Source: Deltaproteobacteria bacterium | Lineage (GTDB): Bacteria > Desulfobacterota > Binatia > Binatales > Binataceae | Direction of reading: 5' to 3' | Length of the DNA: 32,000 nucleotides | Assembly (NCBI GenBank): GCA_021794015.1 | Contig: JAJYRQ010000004.1 | Coordinates: 72,901 to 104,900, forward strand | Part shown: piece by piece, positions 27,016-32,000 of the stretch | How positions within the stretch are numbered: position 1 is the first letter of the stretch | Layout of the letters: each line of letters opens with the position of its first letter | The notes under the pieces: model-generated | What the model was told of the DNA's origin: nothing | What the model saw: the letters and a program-made list of their open reading frames with translations, nothing else | Database searches by the model: none | Translations under genes and position numbers: made by a program

Positions 27016-28346
27016 CTCGGCAAAGCGCACGCGGCTGCAGCTTTACGCAGCCGGCCCGCCAGCGGACGGCTGACCACGGCGCTCAGCCGCACCACGCCGT
27101 CGCGGTAGTCCTCTGCAAGCACGCGCCCGTCGCGCCGGGCCATCGCGACCAGGTCGTTGCGCTCGCTGGGAAGCGTCACCCTGACCTCCTCGCGGGGACC
27201 GTCCAATAGCGCGCCGATCGTCTCGACCAGAGCGTCGATCCCGCGGCCGGTCAAGGCTGACACCGCTAAGGCGTCCCCCGCCCACGGAGGCGTGCCTTCG
27301 ACCAGGTCTGCCTTGTTTGCCACAAGCAGGCGCGCAATGTCGGCCGCCCCGATCTCGGCGAGCACGTTTTCCACCACCCGCGCATGCTCCGCAGCCAGGG
27401 GAGAAGCGGCGTCAACCACGTGGAGCAGAAGACCGGCGCCGCGCACTTCCTCCAGGGTGGCCTTGAAGGCGTCGATCAGCGTGTGAGGCAGCCGGTGGAT
27501 AAAGCCAACCGTGTCAACCATGACCGCCCTCACGCCGCCTGGAAGCTTGAGCCTGCGAACCGTCGGATCGAGGGTGGAGAAAGGCCGCGCGGCGGTCTCG
27601 AGACAGGCGCCGGTAACCCGGTTCATCAGGGTGGTCTTGCCCGAGTTGGTGTAGCCGACCAGCGCCACCGTGGGATAGGCCAATTCGGTGCGCCGGCTGC
27701 GCTGCAGCGAGCGCGTACGCTGCACCTCGTCAAGCCTTCGCTTAAGCCGGTCAAGTCGTTGCCGCAGCCGGCGGCGGTCAACCTCGAGCTGCGTTTCGCC
27801 GGGTCCGCGCGTTCCGATTCGGGCGGCCGCGCCTCCTGACACCGCCTGGCGCGATAGGTGTTTCCACTGGCGCACCAGCCGCGGCTGAAGATAGCTGAGT
27901 TGGGCGATCTCGACCTGCAGCTTGCCTTCCAGGGTATGCGCCCGCTGGGCGAAGATATCCATGATGAGCTGGCTTCGGTCGATGACCGGCAGGGCAAGCT
28001 CGCGCTCGACGTTGCGTGCCTGGCCGGGAGTTAGGGCCTGGTCGAAAATAACCAGCGTGGCCGCGTTGGCGCGCGCTTTTTCTCCCACCTCGGCCAGCTT
28101 GCCGCGCCCCACCAGGCCGAAGGGATCGGGCTTTCTCAGACGCTGATAGGTGGCGCCGACCACGCGGGCTCCCGCGCTCTCGGCCAGCGCCCTGAGTTCG
28201 GCAAGCGAGTCCTCGACGCTTATTCCCCCCGGCTCTCCAAGTTCAACCCCGACCAGGAGCGCAAGCTCGGCCTGCCGGCTTAGCTGATCTTTGGTCTCGT
28301 GCAGAGCGGGACCTCGCCGTTTGACTCTCCAAGCTGAACCTAGCAC
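27012..28346 (-). CDS. hflX: GTPase HflX
   Basis: IFDQALTPGQARNVERELALPVIDRSQLIMDIFAQRAHTLEGKLQVEIAQL, GTRGPGETQLEVDRR, VALVGYTNSGKTTLMNRVTG, VDTVGFIHRLPHTLIDAFKATLEE. Confidence 0.96.
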   Translation of the reverse strand: MLGSAWRVKRRGPALHETKDQLSRQAELALLVGVELGEPGGISVEDSLAELRALAESAGARVVGATYQRLRKPDPFGLVGRGKLAEVGEKARANAATLVIFDQALTPGQARNVERELALPVIDRSQLIMDIFAQRAHTLEGKLQVEIAQLSYLQPRLVRQWKHLSRQAVSGGAAARIGTRGPGETQLEVDRRRLRQRLDRLKRRLDEVQRTRSLQRSRRTELAYPTVALVGYTNSGKTTLMNRVTGACLETAARPFSTLDPTVRRLKLPGGVRAVMVDTVGFIHRLPHTLIDAFKATLEEVRGAGLLLHVVDAASPLAAEHARVVENVLAEIGAADIARLLVANKADLVEGTPPWAGDALAVSALTGRGIDALVETIGALLDGPREEVRVTLPSERNDLVAMARRDGRVLAEDYRDGVVRLSAVVSRPLAGRLRKAAAACALPR

Positions 28347-28449
28347 AGAAGGCGCTTGTGGTTAAAGCCGCGCGCACCCAACGCCCGCCGTCACCCGGCG
28401 AGCCGAGACAGCGCAGCCGGCATGCGCGCTTGCAGGGGATGCTGCTATC

Positions 28450-29766
28450 GTGGCTGCAGGAAGACCGCGGCGGGCTTTTCTTGGCCGCTGCGGTGCTGCT
28501 CAAGGTTTTCGGACGGCGCCTTTGCTCAAGAAGCTGGCATCAAAAGCTCTGCTCGTTCTGGCCGGCGTGCTGCTGGCCTGGGCTGCCGGCGAGGCGCTAA
28601 TCCGACTGACACCTCTTTATCGGCCGAGCTTTTACACTTACGCCCGCTGGCGCGGCTGGCAGCTTAAGCCGGGCGCGCGCGGCTGGCAGCGGGGTGAGGG
28701 TGAGGCCTTCGTCTCGATAAATCGAGAGGGGTTTCGCGGCCCCGCGCGCAGCGTCCGCAAGCCGCCGGGAACCGTGCGCGTGGCCGTGCTGGGAGATTCC
28801 TACGCGTTGGGAATCGGGGTGGATTACCCGCAGACGTTCAGCGCCGTGATGGAGAGGCGGCTTGCCGGCTGTCCGGCGCTCCTCGGCCGGCGCGTCGAAG
28901 TGTTGGATTTCGGGGTGGACGGCTACGGCACTGCGCAGGAGCTCTTGACCTTCACGCGCCAGGCATCGCGCTACGAGCCCAATGCCGTCGTTTTGACAGT
29001 GACCACGGGTAATGATTTGCGGAACAACTCGGTCATCCTGGAAGGCGACAAGTGCCGGCCGTTCTTCGTGCGGCAAGACGGCCGCCTCGAGCTGGGCGGC
29101 CCGTTCATCGATTCGGCTTGGTTTCGCTTCCAGTGCTTTGCCCGCTTCGAGTCGCGCCATTCGCAGCTCTTGAACCGGCTCGGCGACCTGCGAAGCTTTT
29201 TGCGCGAGCGCTGGCGCGCCGGCCGCCCCAGGCCGAGCCCGAGGCCTGGCGCGGAGCGCGGTCTTAGCGAAGACATCTATAAGCCGCCGCAAAGCGCGGC
29301 TTGGCGCGATGCCTGGAGCGTCACGGAGGACGAGATCACGATGCTTTCACGGCTCGCTAAGAACGACGGTGCGCGCTTTCTGGTCGCCACGCTCAGCAAC
29401 GGCGTCCAGGACCATCCCGACCCCAAGGTTGGCAGCGGCTATGTCGAAGCTCTAGGGCCGGGCGCCGATCTCTTCTACCCCGAGCAAAGAATCACAGCTC
29501 TGGGCCGCCGCAGCGGGTTCCCGGTCCTTGTTCTGGCGCCCAAGATGCGCGCCTATGCCGAAGCTCACCGGGTTTATCTCCACGGTTTCAACAATACCCA
29601 GCCCGGGACCGGACACTGGAACGCCCTCGGGCATCGCGTAGCCGGCCGGCTAATCGCCGACGAACTCTGCCGCCTGCTCGATGCGCGCCGTCAGGGCTCC
29701 GGCTTACCGGCTGGCGAGCCAGCCGGTAAGCCGGCGATCGCGCTGCCTGCCTCGCCGGGCCGCTAA
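28450..29766 (+). CDS. membrane-anchored SGNH/GDSL-type hydrolase (start uncertain)
   Basis: VAVLGDSYALGIGVDYPQTFSAVMERRL (block I GDS), LDFGVDGYGTAQELL, VLTVTTGNDLRNN, C-terminal HWNALGHRVAGRLIADEL; N-terminal hydrophobic segment. Confidence 0.78.
   Translation: MAAGRPRRAFLGRCGAAQGFRTAPLLKKLASKALLVLAGVLLAWAAGEALIRLTPLYRPSFYTYARWRGWQLKPGARGWQRGEGEAFVSINREGFRGPARSVRKPPGTVRVAVLGDSYALGIGVDYPQTFSAVMERRLAGCPALLGRRVEVLDFGVDGYGTAQELLTFTRQASRYEPNAVVLTVTTGNDLRNNSVILEGDKCRPFFVRQDGRLELGGPFIDSAWFRFQCFARFESRHSQLLNRLGDLRSFLRERWRAGRPRPSPRPGAERGLSEDIYKPPQSAAWRDAWSVTEDEITMLSRLAKNDGARFLVATLSNGVQDHPDPKVGSGYVEALGPGADLFYPEQRITALGRRSGFPVLVLAPKMRAYAEAHRVYLHGFNNTQPGTGHWNALGHRVAGRLIADELCRLLDARRQGSGLPAGEPAGKPAIALPASPGR
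29701..29732. repeat. 14-bp perfect inverted repeat with 4-nt loop at the 3' end of the SGNH hydrolase gene
   Basis: GGCTTACCGGCTGG-CGAG-CCAGCCGGTAAGCC. Confidence 0.9.
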
Positions 29767-29940
29767 GCCGGCCCGCCGCAGGATGATAGAGAGGGGGAAC
29801 AACGCGCTGCCGACCCGGACCGCGACCTCCCATTCCGATGGCAATGCGGTCCTGTCTTTCAATGAGTCGCCGCGCCGTTACCCGGCTCGATAGCGCTGCT
29901 GTGCGCTCCCCGTGCCGGCACTGCTACTCCCGCGCTTCGT

Positions 29941-30633
29941 TCACTGCTCCCCCCTGACGCCATCCCGCTGAGAATTCCTTTCCCCTATTTTCTTCAGTCC
30001 TGCGGTGCGGCGACCATCCTTGGGCAGCGCGGCCGCAGCGAAGTGCCAAGCCATCCTGGGCGACGTGCTGAACACACACGTGCCCACCTTCTTCTTGCTC
30101 GGGTCGGTCACAATAAGCTCGAGCAGTGAGTTGGCCGGGTTGACCCGATAGAGTAGACGCGCGAGGGTGCCCCCCTCGTCGATAGTGATGGCCCCTGTAC
30201 CGTCAGGATGCGCGGTATACGTGCCGGAGTAAGGCGTGAAGGGCTGGAAAGTTCCCTGCAAGCTGTTGGCCGCCAGCAGCGCCCCGACATTGCCGCTGCC
30301 GTCAAAGCTCAACTGCCCCGTCACGCTGCCGGCCCCGCCGTCGCTCTTGGACATCATGCGAAAACTGCAGTCACCGATCAGGCTCTCCAAGCCAAAGCGC
30401 GGCGCCGCGGTCGGCGTAGCTTGTGCCCAACTGCGCCGCTGGCTTCTTGGCAGGAGCATCCCCACGCAGACCAGGAGCATGGCGCAGCGTGCGACTTGCG
30501 CAAAGCGAGATGCCTTCGATTGCGTCAGCCGACAACCAGCCACCTCAGTTCCAGCGCGTCCTAATTGAGCATCAAGAACACGAATCGCGCCTGTTCCAGC
30601 CGCGGTTCTCATAGACTTAGACCTAACTTCCAA
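29941..30633 (-). CDS. hypothetical exported protein (start uncertain)
   Basis: 230 aa ORF; internal hydrophobic segment CAMLLVCVGMLLPRSQRRSWAQA resembling a signal peptide, then GDCSFRM...GQLSFDGSGNVGAL...YSGTYTAHPDGTGAITI, a plausible secreted beta domain. Confidence 0.55.
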   Translation of the reverse strand: MEVRSKSMRTAAGTGAIRVLDAQLGRAGTEVAGCRLTQSKASRFAQVARCAMLLVCVGMLLPRSQRRSWAQATPTAAPRFGLESLIGDCSFRMMSKSDGGAGSVTGQLSFDGSGNVGALLAANSLQGTFQPFTPYSGTYTAHPDGTGAITIDEGGTLARLLYRVNPANSLLELIVTDPSKKKVGTCVFSTSPRMAWHFAAAALPKDGRRTAGLKKIGERNSQRDGVRGEQ

Positions 30634-30706
30634 GCCAATCGGCCAAGCGCGTTTCTGATGCTGCTATCATTAAAGAGCCGAGTGAACGTCAGGGCTTGGT
30701 GTATCT

Positions 30707-31234
30707 TTATCTCCGGCCTTCTCCTTGGATCGCGTCCACAAGGTCCGTGGCCGGACCATGGCCCGGCCCACGCGGGCGATTTGCGCCAGACCCAAGGCCG
30801 CCAAGACGCAGCAGGTACGCTTCGTCCTGGCTGGCACCCGAGTAGGAGCCATAGTTTGCGCGAGCGCCTCGAGCGGCCTGTGCCGCGCCGCGCCCGTGCC
30901 CCGGCACGCGGAAACCGTAACCGCCAGGCGATGCGCCCCTGGATGGTTGCGAACCTGACCACAGATAACCCCGATAGTAGGGCACGGACTTAACCCGCCC
31001 TCCAACCCCGGGCGCATAGCCGTCCGGACTGTCCACTGGCGACAAAATCGCCACCCCGCGGGTGGATGGAGCCACGGCTTCTTTCCACCATTGGTATAAC
31101 AATCCAGGCTGCGCTTGGGTAGCCGGGGCGCTTTCCTGCGCGCCCGCCGCCTTCGTCAGTGACAGAAGCGCCGTGAGAGCAACGAAACAGACAACAGCCG
31201 AGGACCAAGGCGTCATGGAAGTGCTGCTTCTCAT
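30707..31234 (-). CDS. hypothetical exported protein downstream of the HlyD-like gene
   Basis: 175 aa; signal peptide-like SAVVCFVALTALLSLTKAAGAQ; ATG overlaps the stop codon of the upstream gene by 4 nt. Confidence 0.45.
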   Translation of the reverse strand: MRSSTSMTPWSSAVVCFVALTALLSLTKAAGAQESAPATQAQPGLLYQWWKEAVAPSTRGVAILSPVDSPDGYAPGVGGRVKSVPYYRGYLWSGSQPSRGASPGGYGFRVPGHGRGAAQAARGARANYGSYSGASQDEAYLLRLGGLGSGANRPRGPGHGPATDLVDAIQGEGRR

Positions 31235-32000
31235 TTGTGAGCCAAATTATACTTGATTTTGCTCAGTGTCGTGCCCGAGGCAGGGTTGGCATGGGGCTGC
31301 GAGGTTACACTGGCTGTCAAACGAACCTGCACGGGAGCCTCTTGGCTGAGGTTGGAGAAGTCGCCCACGATCACCCGTTCCGAGCCGTCGAGCGGCTTCC
31401 AGAACACGGTCTCGGCGGCGGCGCCCTCTTCGAGAGGACCGGGCCGGCCAAAGAAGCCGGGGTAAATACCATTCCACGCCTGATTCCCGCCGATGTGGGG
31501 CCCAGGAACCGACACGCGGCGATTGAGCACCTCAGTCCATTTGCTGTCGCTGATGCCTGTCTCGATCTCGACCCGCACCGCCTTGCCATTCTGGTAGAAC
31601 CAGCAGTAGTCCTTGCCTCCGACGTGAACGATAGCATCTTCAGGAACTACCATAGCGTTAGGACGTTCAATGACCACGGTACCGTAGGCGTACATCCCGG
31701 GCAGGATTTGAGTGCTGGTGTGCGGGTCTCCCACGGAAACCATTTGGTGGGAGCCGAGGTCCCGGTATTGCTTCGGGATGTTCGTATTGTCCAGGTCGAT
31801 TTCGGCACGCAGCGTACGGCTGGTGTCGTTGAGGGCCCAGGAGGTACGCGTCACGGCAGCCGTAATCGGTTGGTCGCGGAAAGCCTTGACGAGCACGCTC
31901 GCCTTGCTTCCTCGCTTTACGTAAGCGGCGTCCGCTTCGGGAATGTCAACAAAGACGCGGACCACGTCGGTTCGAACGACGACGTAAACCGGCGCAGCAG
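31231..32000 (-). CDS. HlyD/RND-type periplasmic adaptor, 5' end cut by the window edge
   Basis: Frame is open to the window edge (AAPVYVVVRTDVVRVFVDIPEADAAYVKRGSKASVLV...); LPGMYAYGTVVIERPNAMVVPEDAIV...GGKDYCWFYQNGKAVRVEIETGIS is membrane-fusion-protein like. Confidence 0.75.
   Translation of the reverse strand, partial: AAPVYVVVRTDVVRVFVDIPEADAAYVKRGSKASVLVKAFRDQPITAAVTRTSWALNDTSRTLRAEIDLDNTNIPKQYRDLGSHQMVSVGDPHTSTQILPGMYAYGTVVIERPNAMVVPEDAIVHVGGKDYCWFYQNGKAVRVEIETGISDSKWTEVLNRRVSVPGPHIGGNQAWNGIYPGFFGRPGPLEEGAAAETVFWKPLDGSERVIVGDFSNLSQEAPVQVRLTASVTSQPHANPASGTTLSKIKYNLAHK

Noticed and set aside
28597-29292. 231-aa minus-strand ORF inside the SGNH hydrolase
   Set aside because: Antisense to a gene with recognisable GDS and HWNALGH motifs; no independent support.
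1-32000. CRISPR arrays, tRNA/rRNA genes, transposases, phage genes or defence systems
   Set aside because: None noticed on reading: no regularly spaced direct repeats, no transposase/integrase motifs and no defence-type domains in the ORF track. A covariance-model scan would be needed to exclude small RNAs.

Overview
High-GC bacterial window, read by hand from the sequence and ORF track with no database search. From left to right: (1) a leftward ISC Fe-S assembly operon, iscS-(small ORF)-iscU-iscA-hscB-hscA-iscX plus a hypothetical gene. No ferredoxin or iscR gene is adjacent. The predicted iscS promoter carries a dyad resembling an IscR/Rrf2 type-1 operator. (2) A putative lipoprotein made of two internally duplicated domains, and a UbiA/MenA-type prenyltransferase. 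(3) The most interesting region, about 9.4-19.8 kb: a leftward gene set encoding homologues of the two catalytic parts of phenylphosphate synthase (PEP-synthase-like split proteins), one UbiD-family (de)carboxylase, an AMP-forming acid-CoA ligase, an LpdD-like prenylated-flavin chaperone, UbiX and a PPP-type metallophosphoesterase. It is divergent from a XylR/DmpR-like sigma-54 activator with a V4R domain. The divergent intergenic region contains a well-spaced sigma-54 (-24/-12) motif facing the catabolic genes and a perfect 8-2-8 inverted repeat about 125 bp upstream of it, as expected of an activator binding site. This looks like a compact anaerobic phenol or hydroxyarene carboxylation/activation module, lacking recognisable extra PpsC/Ppc subunits in the window. 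(4) A three-gene succinate dehydrogenase/fumarate reductase operon with a large unusual membrane subunit, then a TonB-dependent receptor, a CDP-alcohol phosphatidyltransferase, HflX, an SGNH hydrolase, two putative exported proteins and a truncated HlyD/RND adaptor. I saw no CRISPR array, tRNA, rRNA or mobile element.
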